Positions 25,200 to 36,925 of a stretch of DNA of 64,000 bases are shown in pieces (positions within the stretch are counted from its first letter, which is position 1; each line of letters opens with the position of its first letter). The DNA is from Squalus acanthias. Taxonomy: Eukaryota. The position numbers were made by a program, and so were the translations under genes. The notes under the pieces are model-generated. The model made no database searches. It was not told the DNA's origin and saw only the letters and a list, made by a program, of their open reading frames with translations. The stretch spans positions 56,670,001 to 56,734,000 of the forward strand of contig CM059438.1 in NCBI GenBank assembly GCA_030390025.1, read 5' to 3'.

Positions 25200-25385
25200 T
25201 GGTCGCTCAAATGAGGTGCCAACGCCTGCATCATTCTTTATATAATTCTGCGTCATCGCCGCCCCTTTCCTATTGGACAGCCGCTGCCGTCAATCAACCA
25301 GATCGCCTTCCCATTGGTTTAATTCAACGGGGGCGTCAGCTTGCTCGCCCTTGATTAGTTTTGAGTGGCTGTTGCCAGGTAACAG
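25200..25385 (-). promoter_or_regulatory. Beta-tubulin proximal promoter
   Basis: On the minus strand: TATATAAA (25237-25244), CRE-like TGACGCA, GC box, two CCAAT boxes (~25272, ~25313), X-box GTTGCCAGGTAAC (25371-25383). Confidence 0.75.
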
Positions 25386-26534
25386 ATGTACCCCAATCTG
25401 TCACAATAACTGCTGTGACTTCATAATGTCCTTTTCATGGTGTCATAAAGCACCTTAACTGCCTCAGTGTTCAAATTGTCAAAACAAAATAATACTTTAA
25501 AAATGACCATTAGTTTGCATTGTTTACACTGGTTAGGATGTGATGTGTAATGGTGTGTGAAAGGCCTACTGATATTTGTCTGGTGCTGATCACTTAACAC
25601 AAGTCCAGGAGTTAGGAGGCTATCTTCACTGATGAAACATAGAATGGGAATATATTGAGCAACAAGATATATGATCTCAGAGCTACTAATTACTATGTGG
25701 ATATTGAGGCAGGCACCAGGGCTAAACTTAACTGCATCAAGCATTTTATCCTCCCAGTGTTTATTCATTTTTCTGTTTTACTGAACTAGCTGAGACACAA
25801 CCCTATTGCACCACGCACAACACATAATGGCTGGTGTACTTCGCACTTCTCCATTGACAGTTCCATTTCTGGGTTGCACAAGTTTGGTACATAACTAGTC
25901 AAGACAACTGAGTGGCTGCTTGATACTAGGAATGAGAGTTGCTGGTCTTCCAGCCCCACTCCCTGGCAGACCTCCTTACATTTGAATTACTACCTGACCT
26001 ACCCAGCAATACATGACCACTTTACAATAAACAACATTCTGCAGCTATAATAAGATAGCTGCCAGGTGTTTGGCAATCATGCAACTCTTTCTTAAATGTC
26101 ATGTTTCTGACTTACCTGGACTTAATGAACAGGTTACAAGAGGCAGAGCAAGTAGTTTGTTTTAGACCAGGGAATGCCAGGTTTGGTGGCAACAAAGAGA
26201 ACTGTACTGTGTGTACCAAAAGGTACTGCTAGATACAGGGTAAAGTTATTTGTTGCATGCCAATCACTCCTGATTATTAGACCAAGCAGGTCTGACTAGG
26301 CTTTAACCAACCCTCAGACCTAATGGGACTTTTGCTTTCCTTCCATAGATTAATTTTTAGTGCAAAAAATTGTACTTACCAAAAGTAGAGTCTTAGTCAC
26401 TCTTTGAGCGAAAATCAACCTCCATTTTCAGTTAGGAACTGCTGTAATTCCAGCGAGAAATTTTCAGTCCTGTCAACAAAATCATACCCTGGGTGTCAAG
26501 TGACCCTCCTTTATTGTATCTTCCAGCTGAGCAG

Positions 26535-26795
26535 GGTCAGCTTGGCTCAGTTGGTAGCACTTTCACGCCTTAAAATGGCATGGATTCAAGTCCCATTCTA
26601 GGCTGTAAGCACATAGCCTAGCCTGACATTCCCGTGCAGTACTGCGGAAGTGCTGCATTGTTGAAGGTGCCATCTTTTGGAATGAAGTGTTAAATGGGCC
26701 TCGTCTACTTATGTGATTCAGGTGATGTTTAATATCATGAAACCATTTCAGGAGCAGGGAGCTCTCCCAGTGTCCTGGCCAACATTTCTCCCTCC
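26535..26795 (+). mobile_element. 5' half of Deu-type tRNA SINE
   Basis: tggctcagttggtagcact A-box, gattcaagtccc B-box, core ..gcagggagctctcccagtgtcctggccaaca. Confidence 0.75.
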
Positions 26796-26834
26796 ACCTC
26801 CAAAAAATTGCTATGATAGTCAGTTTGATGTATT

Positions 26835-28730
26835 CAGAATTATGTAGAATGTACAGCACAGAAACAGGGCATTCAGCCCAACTGGTCCATGCCAGTTCCT
26901 CACAAGCCTCCTCTCACCCTACGTCATCTAATCCTATCAACGTATCCTTCTATTCCTTTCTCCCTCACGTATTTATCTAGCTTCCCCTTAAATGCATCTA
27001 TGTTATTCGCCTCAACCACTCCATGTGGTAGCAAGTTCCACATTCTAACCACACAGGGTTACCTATTGGATTATTAGTAACTATCTTATATTTATGGCCC
27101 CTAGTTTTGGTCTCCCCCACAAGTGGAAAGATCTTCTCTACGTCTCCTCTATCAAACCCTTTCATAATATAGACCTCTATCAGGTCACCTGCCAAGCCTT
27201 CTCTTTTCTAGAGAAAAGAGCCTCAGCTGATTTAATCTCTCCTAATAGGTATAGCCTCTCAGTTCTGGTATCATCCTTGTAAATCTTTTTTGCACCTTCT
27301 CCAGTGCCTCTATATCATTTTTATAATATGGAGACCAGAACTACGCACAATACTGTAAGTGTGGTTTAACCAAGGTTAACATAACTTCTCTGCTTTTCAA
27401 TTCTATCCCTCTAGAAATGAACACCAGTGCTTTGTTTGCTTTATTATGGCCTTATTAACGTGTCACTACTTTTAGTCATATGTGCATCTGTACCCCCAGA
27501 TCCCTTTTCTCCTCTACCCCAGTTAGACTCTTATTTTCCAAGGAGTATGTGGCCTCCTTTTTCTTGCTACCAAAATGTACTACCTCACACTTATCTATGC
27601 TGAAATTCATTTGCCAATTACATGCCCATTCTGCAATTTTATTAATGTTTTCTTGTATTTTGTCGCAGTCTTCCTCAGTATTAACTATAACCCCCAGTTT
27701 GGTGTCATCCGCAAATTTTGAAATTGTACTTCCGATTCCCGAGTCCAAATCATTTAGCAGTCAACAACAGTGGTCCCAGCACCGTTCCCTGTGGAACACC
27801 ACTTCCCACCTTTTGCCAGTCTGAGTAACTGCCCTTTACCCCTACTCTCTGTTTGCTGTTCTGTAGCCAGCTTGCTGTCCATTCTGCTACTTGTCCCCTG
27901 ACTCTACATGCTCTGACCTTAGTCATGAGTCGACTATGCGGTACTTTATCGAAGGCCTTTTGAAAATCCAAATATATTAAATCTACTACCTTACCCTGTC
28001 TACTTTTTCTGTTACTTCGAAGGATTCAGTAAGATTGGTCAAGCATGACCTTTCTTTTTGAAATCCGTGCTGACTACTTTTTATTATATTTTGGTTTTTC
28101 TATTACGTCTTTGAGTAAAGATTCCATTATTTTCCCTACCACCGACGTTAAGCTAACTGGTCTATAGTTCCCTGGACTTGTTCTATCTCCCTTTTTAAAT
28201 ATAGGAATCACATTAGCTGTCCACCAGTCCTCTGGCACTATTCCCTTTTCTATTGAATTTTTATATATATGTAATAATGCCTCTGCTATCTCTTCCCTAA
28301 CTTCTTTTAATATGTGTGGAACTTGCTACCACAAGGAGTGGTTGAGGCGAATAACATAGATGCATTTAAGGGGAAGCTAGATAAATACGTGCGGGAGAAA
28401 GGAATAGAAGGATACGTTGATAGGATTAGATGACGTAGGGTGAGAGGAGGCTTGTGAGGAACTGGCATGGACCAGTTGGGCTGAATGCCCTGTTTCTGTG
28501 CTGTACATTCTACGTAATTCTGAATACATCAAACTGACTATCATAGCAATTTTTTGGAGGTGGAGGGAGAAATGTTGGCCAGGACACTGGGAGAGCTCCC
28601 TAGTTTATCAATTATCTTCCCCCCTTTCTATCTTAAATGTTGTTATATCTTTTTTGATGTCTTCTTCTAATGTCATGTCCACCCTGTTAATCTCCCTGGT
28701 AAATACTGAAGCAAAGTAACTATTCAATAC
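26835..28730 (-). mobile_element. 5'-truncated CR1 LINE containing an inverted duplication
   Basis: ORF pieces ISKFADDTKLG, DFQKAFDKVPH and GVPQGTVLGPLL. Confidence 0.85.
28315..28601. repeat. 287-bp inverted duplicate of 26756-27042
   Basis: Reverse complement of 26756-27042 with about 3 mismatches. Identical ORF starts (MLYIL.NSEYIKLTIIAIFWRWREKCWPGHWESSL) on opposite strands. Confidence 0.9.
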
Positions 28731-28732
28731 TT

Positions 28733-29645
28733 TTGGAAATACTCAGCAATTCAGGCAGCATCTGTGGAGAGAGAAACAGAGTTAACATTTCAGGTCGATG
28801 ACTTTCCATCAGAACTGGAAAAAGTTAGTGATGTAACAGGTTTTAAGCAAGTACAGAGGCAGGGAAAGGGGGGGGGAGTAAAGAACAAAAGGGGAGGTCT
28901 GGGATAGGGTGGATGACAGGAGTGATTAAATGACAAAAGGGATGATGATGCAAGGCAAAAGGGGATGGTAATGGGACAAGAAAAGAAACAAAAGATGGGT
29001 CTAGAGGAGCTAAAAGTGACAAAAGCAGAATCATTACCAGCAACTGCTCTCTGAAAAAATGGGAGTAGAAGTTATAATCTGAAATTATTGAACTCACTGT
29101 TGAGTCCAGAAGGCTGTAAAGTGCCTCATCGAAAGATGAGGTGCTGTTCCTCGAGCGTCCGTTGAGCTTCATTAGAATAGTGTAGGAAGCCGAGGTCAGA
29201 GTGCGAGTGGGGCGGAGAATTAAAATGACAAGCGACCAGAAGCTCAGGGTCACGCTTGTGGACTGAACGGAGATGTTCCGCAAAGCGATCACCCAATCTG
29301 TGTTTGGTCTCTCCAATCTGGAGGAGGCCGCATCGTGAGCAGCGAATACAGTATACTAAATTGAAAGAAGCACAAGTAAATCGCTGTTTCACCTGGAAGG
29401 AGTATTTGGAGCCCTGGACGGTGGGAAGGGAGGAGGTAAAAGGGCAAGTGTTGCATCTCCTGCGCTTGTACGGGTAGGTGCTGTGGGATGGGGAGGGGTT
29501 GTTGGGGGTGATTGAAGAGTGGACCATGGTGTTGTGGAGGAAACGGTCCCTTCGGAATGCTGAAAGGGGAGGGGAGGGGAAGATGTGTTTGGTGGTGGCT
29601 GGTGGGGTGGATGGTGAGGACAAGGAGGACCCTATCGTGGTTCCC
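28733..29645 (-). mobile_element. Penelope-like element 3' part (GIY-YIG endonuclease and pseudo-LTR)
   Basis: CNTCP..FTCASFNLVYCIRCSRCGLLQIGETKHRLGDRFAEHLRSV, the Penelope GIY-YIG domain. Confidence 0.85.
28779..28817 (-). ncRNA. Degenerate minimal hammerhead ribozyme motif in the Penelope pseudo-LTR
   Basis: Minus strand agtt-CTGATGG-aaaGTC atc GACct-GAAA-tgtt-aact. Core CUGAUGA carries an A>G change. Confidence 0.55.
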
Positions 29646-29922
29646 TCCTAGAGGTCATTGTTAATTGTATTAAAATGCTGTATTCTTTTTGAGCAACCCA
29701 TAAACAAATAGACTGTAACTAAACTTAAAACATTAAATGAAACTTATCAAATTAAATTAAAATTTGGTTTCTGGGGGTGATGATGCACTCCAGTCCCTGC
29801 GGTGCCCACCGGTCGCGGAAGGCCTCGAGCCTGCCGGAGGACACCGCGTGCTCCATCTCCAGGGCCACCTGGGCACGAACGTGGCTGCGGAAGAGAGGCA
29901 GGCAGTCGGGCCGAACGACCCC
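29646..29922 (-). mobile_element. Tx1-clade LINE 3' end
   Basis: Minus strand PDCLPLFRSHVRAQVALEMEHAVSSGRLEAFRDRWAPQGLEC, homologous to 12010-12170. Confidence 0.7.
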
Positions 29923-29924
29923 AT

Positions 29925-30127
29925 TAAAATGGTGTATAGCAAATGGGTGTTAATTGTATCCAGGTGGTGGGAATTAACTGGGGACGCTCTTGTTCCCAGA
30001 TATATATGGGAGTAGGCTGGGGAGCTTTGGGGTGCACAGTATGTAATGTGTGTCTCTGTGAATAAAGGCTTGTAAGCAACTAAAGACTAGACTCTCGTCT
30101 TCTCACTTCACCAACTGACTATCACAG
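29925..30127 (+). repeat. LTR-like fragment
   Basis: TATATAT then AATAAA, ending ..atcaca. No internal sequence seen. Confidence 0.35.
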
Positions 30128-30430
30128 TCGTGATCGATCCCTTCTTATCCTTTATGTCAATCCAAATGGATTCTGTTTCTATCTTCATGTTAGTTATGTC
30201 CCTTTTTTCTGCTGCCATGGTGTTATCTCTAATTAGTACAGCTACCCCCCTCCCTACTTCTTTTGCTATCCTTTCTAAATACATTATCCCTGCAATATTG
30301 AACTGCCAGTCCTGTTCTTTATTAAACCATGTTTCAGTTATTCCTACTACATCTGGCTCCTCGCTATGAATTATTGTCTCCAGTTCCCCCATTTTGTTTC
30401 GGATGCTGTGTGCATTGCTGTACAGGAAAT
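30128..30430 (-). mobile_element. CR1 endonuclease fragment
   Basis: MGELETIIHSEEPDVVGITETW..GRGVAVLIRD..ESIWI. Confidence 0.8.
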
Positions 30431-30899
30431 GAAAGCTGTGTCACCTTTGTGCCTTTAGTACACACTCTGCTGGAAGCATGCGTCATTAGTTAAGGATGAT
30501 TATTTTTTACTATTATTACATTATGTTAAACATGGGAGCGAATGGCACTGATCAACTGGATGGCACACACATGTTGCATGTGTTTAACTACAGCAGTGGC
30601 TGTTTTGCCACAACACCTGTTGCAGGGACATCGAAGGCCCCTGCATCCAGAGGACCAGGGCCACAACCAACCCAAACTCTACCCACCACCGCAGCGGCAC
30701 CGCCTTCTCGAGGAGCACTTTGGCACAGTGTACGGTTTAGAAGCAGATCGAGTACAGCTTACACAATCACCAAGGGGTGTAGGTAATATAGGAGGAGGTT
30801 TACCACTAGGAGCATAGCGGTAATGTACCCTGAAGTGTGCTGGTATATATCACGCCATGGGCCTGGAGAGCCAACCTCTCAGGGTCTGCTGCTCCCCTC

Positions 30900-31300
30900 A
30901 TTTAAATATTTACAAAGCACTCCCTGTCCTGATTGGGAAATCTGTTAAAGGAGCAGCTGCTGTGCCTTAAAGGGGCCACCTGCTCTTTCTATTGTGGTTT
31001 AATGTTTGCTGTTTGGCAATTATTTTTAGCTAGCTCTTTGGATATCCAAGGAGCCTGCAAGGGTGCAGGAAGGGGGAGGGCGGTTCCCTTTTCTAACAAA
31101 ACCTTGGAGATAATGCTCAGGGAGATGAGCCAAAAGGAGGTTTGGAATCATTGGCTCCGAGGGGCACTCGCCTCAGAAGGCAGCTGTAAAGACCGGGCAA
31201 AGTGGGTGTCGCAGCTCAGTGTGACGTCTGCACTTAGGAGGTGGGCAGCCTCGGAGGAAAAACATTGTTACCACCTTGAATAAGTTTGCCAATGTAAGAT
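30900..31300 (+). mobile_element. Possible decayed Harbinger Myb/SANT-like ORF remnant
   Basis: RAVPFSNKTLEIMLREM resembles the RAPRFS..LE.L..EV start of Harbinger Myb-like proteins. Weak. Confidence 0.35.
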
Positions 31301-31305
31301 TTATC

Positions 31306-31676
31306 TGCACTGCGCACCATGTCTGCAGTGTGTACCATCTACAAGATGCACTGCAGCAACTCGCCAAGGCTTCTTCAACAGCACCTCCCAAACCCGCGAC
31401 CACTACCTCCTTAAAGGACAAGGGCAGCAGGCACATGGGAACACCACCACCTGCAAGTTCCCCTCCAAGTCACACACCATCCTGACTTGGAAATATATCA
31501 CCATTCCTTCATCGTCGCTGGGTCAAAATCCTTGAACTCCCTCCCATCAGCACTGTGGGGGTACCTTCACCTCGCAGACTGCAGCGGTTCAAGAAGACGG
31601 CTCACCACCACCTTCTTGAGGGCAATTAGGGATGGGCAATAAACGCTGGCCTTGCCAGCGACGCCCACATCCCCGA
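31306..31676 (+). mobile_element. 3' end of CR1-clade LINE (same family as 6209-9440)
   Basis: Shared tail ..agggcaattagggatgggcaataaacgctggccttgccagcgacgcccacatccc. Confidence 0.85.
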
Positions 31677-32419
31677 CAAAAGGGGTCTCTCTGTCATCGT
31701 TACTTTTTGTTGCAGTGTCCAAAGTTGCGGCCTTTCCTGTTTTACGTCTGTTTTCTGTTGTTTCCCTTAGCAGTAGTCAAAAGTCTGTGGTTTGTTGCTG
31801 TTGCAGTGTTTAGTTGCAATGTCCAAAGTCACGACCTTTACCCTTTTCTGTTCTACATCTGTTTTCTGTTGTTTTTCTTACCAGTAGACAAAAGTCTGTA
31901 GTTTGTGGTAAACTTACAGCCTGGGTTTTCCATTAGCCAAAAGGTCAAAATTCCATTACATTTAAATGACCCAAAGCAATCCTGTACCCTATACTCATCT
32001 ACATGCTGTCCCTTGGTGACATGGCTCATGACCTTTTTTGCAAAGCACATTTCGCAGATGCAGTCATGGATCAGCTCATTGATGATGTGTCCACTAAAAG
32101 AACTGATCTTTTCAGCACAGCAGAGGTCTCCCCACCCTCTCCTGGCCCATTGTAGGAGAACGCTATCTTTGTTAACCTGAAAGGAGTACAGAAGTTTCAC
32201 AAACTCAAGAAAAGCATCATGGTAAGAAAATAGAAGCACACTGAGGAAGTCTTCTCGGACAAATAGACAGATGATAGCCAGCTAATAGTAATATCTGTAT
32301 TCTGTTATGAAGTTTTTATTGGTCAAATGTTGCAGCTGACATTCCAAATGCTGATGGTGTCCTATACACGTGTCAGTGTTACACCCCAGAATAATCCATT
32401 GACTATCTGAGGGAAACAG

Positions 32420-33860
32420 GACTGGTACATATGAGGAGAGGTGCGAGTAGCTGTCCTCGACACCAAGGCAACATTTGACCAAGCATGGCGCTAAGGAGCC
32501 CTAACATAACGGAAGTCACGTCCTTGGAAAGGAGATTTACTAGAATGGTACCAGGGTGAGGGACTTCAGTTATGTGGAGAGACTAGAGAAGCTGGGATTG
32601 TTCTCCTAAGAGCAGAGAAGGTTAGGGGTAGATTTGATAGAGGTGTTCAAAATTATGAGGGGATTTGATTTAGATGGGGATTGGTAAGAAACTGTTTCTA
32701 CTGGCAGAAGGGTTAGTAACCAGAGGACACAGATTTAAGATAATTGGCAAAAAAAATCCAGGAGAGAAATGAGACACGTTTCTTTACGCAGTGAGTTGTT
32801 GTGATTTGAAATGCACTGCCTGAAAGGGCAGTGGAAGCAGATGCAATTGTAACTTTAAAAAGGGAATTCGATATATACTCGAAAAGGAGAAATTTGCAGG
32901 ACTTTGGGGAAAGAGCAGGGGAGTGGGACTAATTGGATAGCTCTTCCATAGAGCCAGCACAGGCTCAATGGACCGAATGTGCTGGATGATTCTATGATGA
33001 GTCAGTGGTGGTCAAAGAGAAAACCGTCCAGTGGCTGGAATCAAACCTGATACAAAGGAAGATATTTGTGGTTGTTGGAAGCCAGTCATCACTGCAGGAG
33101 TTCCTCAGGGAAGCATCCTCGACCCATCCATCATCAGCTGTTTCATCAATGACCTTCCCTCCATCATAACGTCAGAGTGGGACTGTACGCTAACAATTCC
33201 ACATTGTTCAGCTCCATTCACAACTCCTCCAATAATGAAGCGGTCAATGTAAGCCTGCAGCAGGATCAGGATAACATCCAGGCCTGAGCTGACGTGGTAG
33301 GTAACATTTGCGCCACATAAGTGCCAGGTAATTACTTGCACAAAAGAAAAGCCCTACCATCAACATTTTATGGATCACCATTGATTAAAAGCTGAACTGG
33401 ACCAACCATGTCAACAAAGTGGCTACAAGAGCAGGGCAGAAGCTGGGTAATTTGCAAAGAGTGGCTCACCTCTTGACCCGGAAAAGCATCTGCACCATCT
33501 ACAAGGCTAAATTCAGGAGTGTAATGGAATATTCACCACTCGCCTGGATGGGTGCTGCCACAACAACACTCAAGAAGCTTGACGCCATCCAGGACAGAGC
33601 AGTTCGCTTGATCAGTGCCCTTGCCACTGGGCCCAATAGCCACCAGTGGTGCACTGTGGTTGCTACCACTAAGAAAGATAAGAGTAGCAATGTTGTGGGA
33701 ACACTGTCAGTTACAAGTTCCCCTTCACTTTACACTCCATCCTGACTAGGACATATATTGCCATTCCTTCAAAGTCATTGGGTCAATGTTCTGGATTTCC
33801 CAGGTCAATAAGTGTAGCTTTGCCAGCGTCACCCACAGTCTGAGAACAAATTTTTAAAAA
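32420..33860 (+). mobile_element. Decayed CR1-clade LINE with a nested CR1 3' end (~32530-32997)
   Basis: AGVPQGSIL.P, ATRAGQKLG..TIYKA..RSVMEYSPLAW motifs. Confidence 0.75.
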
Positions 33861-34468
33861 TGGGAGTGGGAACTTTCATCAAAAAGACTCTGCGTCTTTG
33901 GGAAACACATCTGGTGGAGATTATTAGCCCCGAGAGCCTCCTAGGAGTAGGTAATTTTGATTTTGGAGGTCTGAGCAGATACATTGGCAGATCCAGGAGC
34001 AACATGGTTCATGAGATGATGGTTTCACTGTTCAGCAAAATATCCCTAGCTGCAAACAGCGTCCGCCCACACAATAGAGACAGTTATTGGTACGACAGTT
34101 CAGAGTGTAAACATGGCACCTCTTATTCATAACATCACATCTGTTCTCTCCACAAGAAAAAGGAAACCAAGCATGAGCCAGGGCAATGCTGAGGAAGAAC
34201 ATTCAGTGCTGGACTACTAGTGGGCACTCTCCGGGTCATCTAGCACCAGCACAGTGACATCAATCTTTTAATACATAAAGCAGGATTCAGCAGGTGAAGA
34301 ACTTAGTACTACTGGGACAAGGGAGCGACAGCAAAAGGCTTTGGAAGGCCAAGGAGTACAGGCCCAGTTTGCATGTGCCCTCTCCTCTGTTTCCTGCAGA
34401 AGAAAACTTGGTGAGGCACTTTTTGAAGATGTTATACATGGTGGATCTTGCTGTGTCACTTGGCACCA

Positions 34469-35930
34469 GAGTCGCAATGCGGATTCCGCCCACTAAGGGG
34501 CACAATGGACATGATCTTCACCGCACGTCAATTACAAGAGAAATGCAGGGAACAGCACCAACCGCTGTACATGGCCTTCTTTGATCTCACAAAGGCCTTC
34601 GACACTGTCAACCGTGAGAGATTATGGAGTGTCCTCCGCAAATTCGGCTGCCCTCAAAAGTTTGTCACCATCCTCCACCAGCTTCACGACGACATGCAAG
34701 CCGTGATCCTGACCAATGGTTCCACCACAGACCCAATTCGCGTACGAACTGGGGTCAAGCAAGGCTGTGTCATCGCACCAACGCTCTTCTCGATCTTCCT
34801 TGCTGCAATGCTCCATCTCACCCTCAGTAAGCTCCCCGCTGGAGTGGAGCTAATTTACAGAACAAACGGGAAACTGTTCAACCTCCGTCACCTCCAGTCC
34901 AGATCCAAGGTCGTCCCATCCTCTGTCGTCGAATTACAGTATGCAGACGACGCTTGCGTCTGCGCTCACTCGGAGGTCGAACTCCAAACCATCATCAACA
35001 CCTTCACCGAAGCGTACGAGAGCATGGGCCTTACACTAAACATCCGTAAGACAAAGGTCCTCTACCAACTTGCCCCCACCACACAGTACTGCCCCCCAAT
35101 TATCAAAATCCACGACAAGGCCTTGGACAACGTGGACCACTTTCCATACCTCGGGAGCCTACTGTCAACAAGGACGAAGTCCAACACCGCCTTCAGTGTG
35201 CCAGTGCAGCCTTCAGTCGCCTGAGGAAGAGAGTGTTTGAAGACCAGGACCTCAAACCCGGCACTAAGCTCATGGTCTACAGAGCAGCAGTGATACCCGC
35301 CCTGCTGTATGCCTCAGAGACATGGTCCATGTACAGCAGGCACCTCAAAGCACTGGAGAGGTACCACCAACGCTGCCTCCGCAAGATCCTGCAAATCCAT
35401 TGGCAGGATAGGCGCACCAACGTCAGTGTTCTTGCTCAGGCCAACATCCCCAGCATCGAAGCTTTGACCATGCTCGATCAGCTCCGATGGACGGGTCACA
35501 TTGTCCGCATGCCCAATACGAGACTCCCAAAACAAGCGCTCTACTCGGAGCTCCGGCACGGCAAGAGAGACCCAGGTGGGCAGAGGAAACGCTTCAAGGA
35601 CACCCTCAAAGCCTCCTTGAAAAAGTGTAACATCCCCACCGACACCTGGGAATCCCTGGCCCAAGACCGCACAAAGTGGAGGAGAAGCATCCGGGAAGGC
35701 GCCGAACACCTCGAGTCTCTTTGCCGGGAGCAAGCGGAAGCCAAGCGCAGGCAGCGCAAGGAGCGCAAGTCAACCCAAGCACCCCACCCACCTGCTCCTT
35801 CAACCACCGTCTGCCCCACCTGTGACAGAGACTGTAGGTCCCGCATTGGACTCATCAGTCACCTGCGAACTCATTTTTAATGTGGAAGCAAGTCATCCTC
35901 GGTTCCGAGGGACTGCCTAAGAAGAAGAAG
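34469..35930 (+). mobile_element. 5'-truncated RTE-clade LINE, young, with (AAG)n tail and 11-bp TSD
   Basis: PESQCGFR..DMIF..RQLQEKCREQ, GVKQGCVIAPTLF, LQYADD and C-terminal CPTCDRDCRSRIGLISHLRTH. TSD acttggcacca at 34458-34468 and 35932-35942. One frameshift near 35170. Confidence 0.92.
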
Positions 35931-36325
35931 GACTTGGCACCAAAAGAGGGCAGTAGAGGTAAGCTTGAGTAGTTTCAACAGTTCACAGTATTTATTAACG
36001 ACTTAGATGATGGCACAGAAAGCCACATATCCAAATTTGCCAATGACACAAAGATAGGCGGCATTATAGGCAGTGTAGATGAAAGCATAAAATTACAAAG
36101 GGATATTGATAGATTAAGTGAATGGCAAAAATGTGGCAAATGGATTTCAATGTAGGCAAATGTGAGGTCATCCACTTTGGACCTAAAAAGGATAGAACAG
36201 GGTACTTTCTAAACGGTGAAAGGCTAAAAACAGTGGAGGTCCAAAGAGACTTGGGGTCCAAGTACATAGATCATTAAAATGTCATGAACAGCTACAGGAA
36301 ATAATCAAAAAGGCTAATGGAATGA

Positions 36326-36720
36326 ACATAACAAATAAGAGCAGGAGTAGGCCACATGGCCCCTCGAGCCTGCTCCGCCATTCAATAAGATCATGGCTGA
36401 TCATCGACCTCAACTCCACTTTCCCGCCCGATCTCCATATCCCTTGATTCCCCTAGCGTCCAAAAATCTATCTATCTTGAATATACTCAACGATTCAGCA
36501 TCCACAGCCCTCTGGGGCAGAGAATTCCAAAGATTCACAACCCTCTGGGTGAAGAAATTCCTCCTCATCTCAGTCTTAAATGGCCTACCCCTTCTATTGA
36601 GACTATGCCCCCTAGTTCTCGACACTCCAGCCAGGGGAAACAACCACTCAGCATCTACCCTGTCAATCTCCTTCAGAATCTTATATGTTTCAATGAGATC
36701 ACCTCTCATTCTTCTAAACT
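36326..36720 (-). mobile_element. Nested CR1 3' fragment
   Basis: MRGDLIETYKILK..RVVNLWNSLPQ plus tail. Confidence 0.85.
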
Positions 36721-36925
36721 CCTGCTGGCCTTTATATCTAGAGGACTAGAATACAATTGGATAGAAGTTTTGCTATACAAAACGCTGGTTAGACCACACC
36801 TGGAGCACTGTGAGCAGTTCTGGGCACCACACCTTAGGAAGGATATATTGGCCTTGGAGGGAGTGCAGCATAGGTTTACCAGATTGATACCTGGACTCCA
36901 AGGGTTAAATTATGAGGAGAGATTA

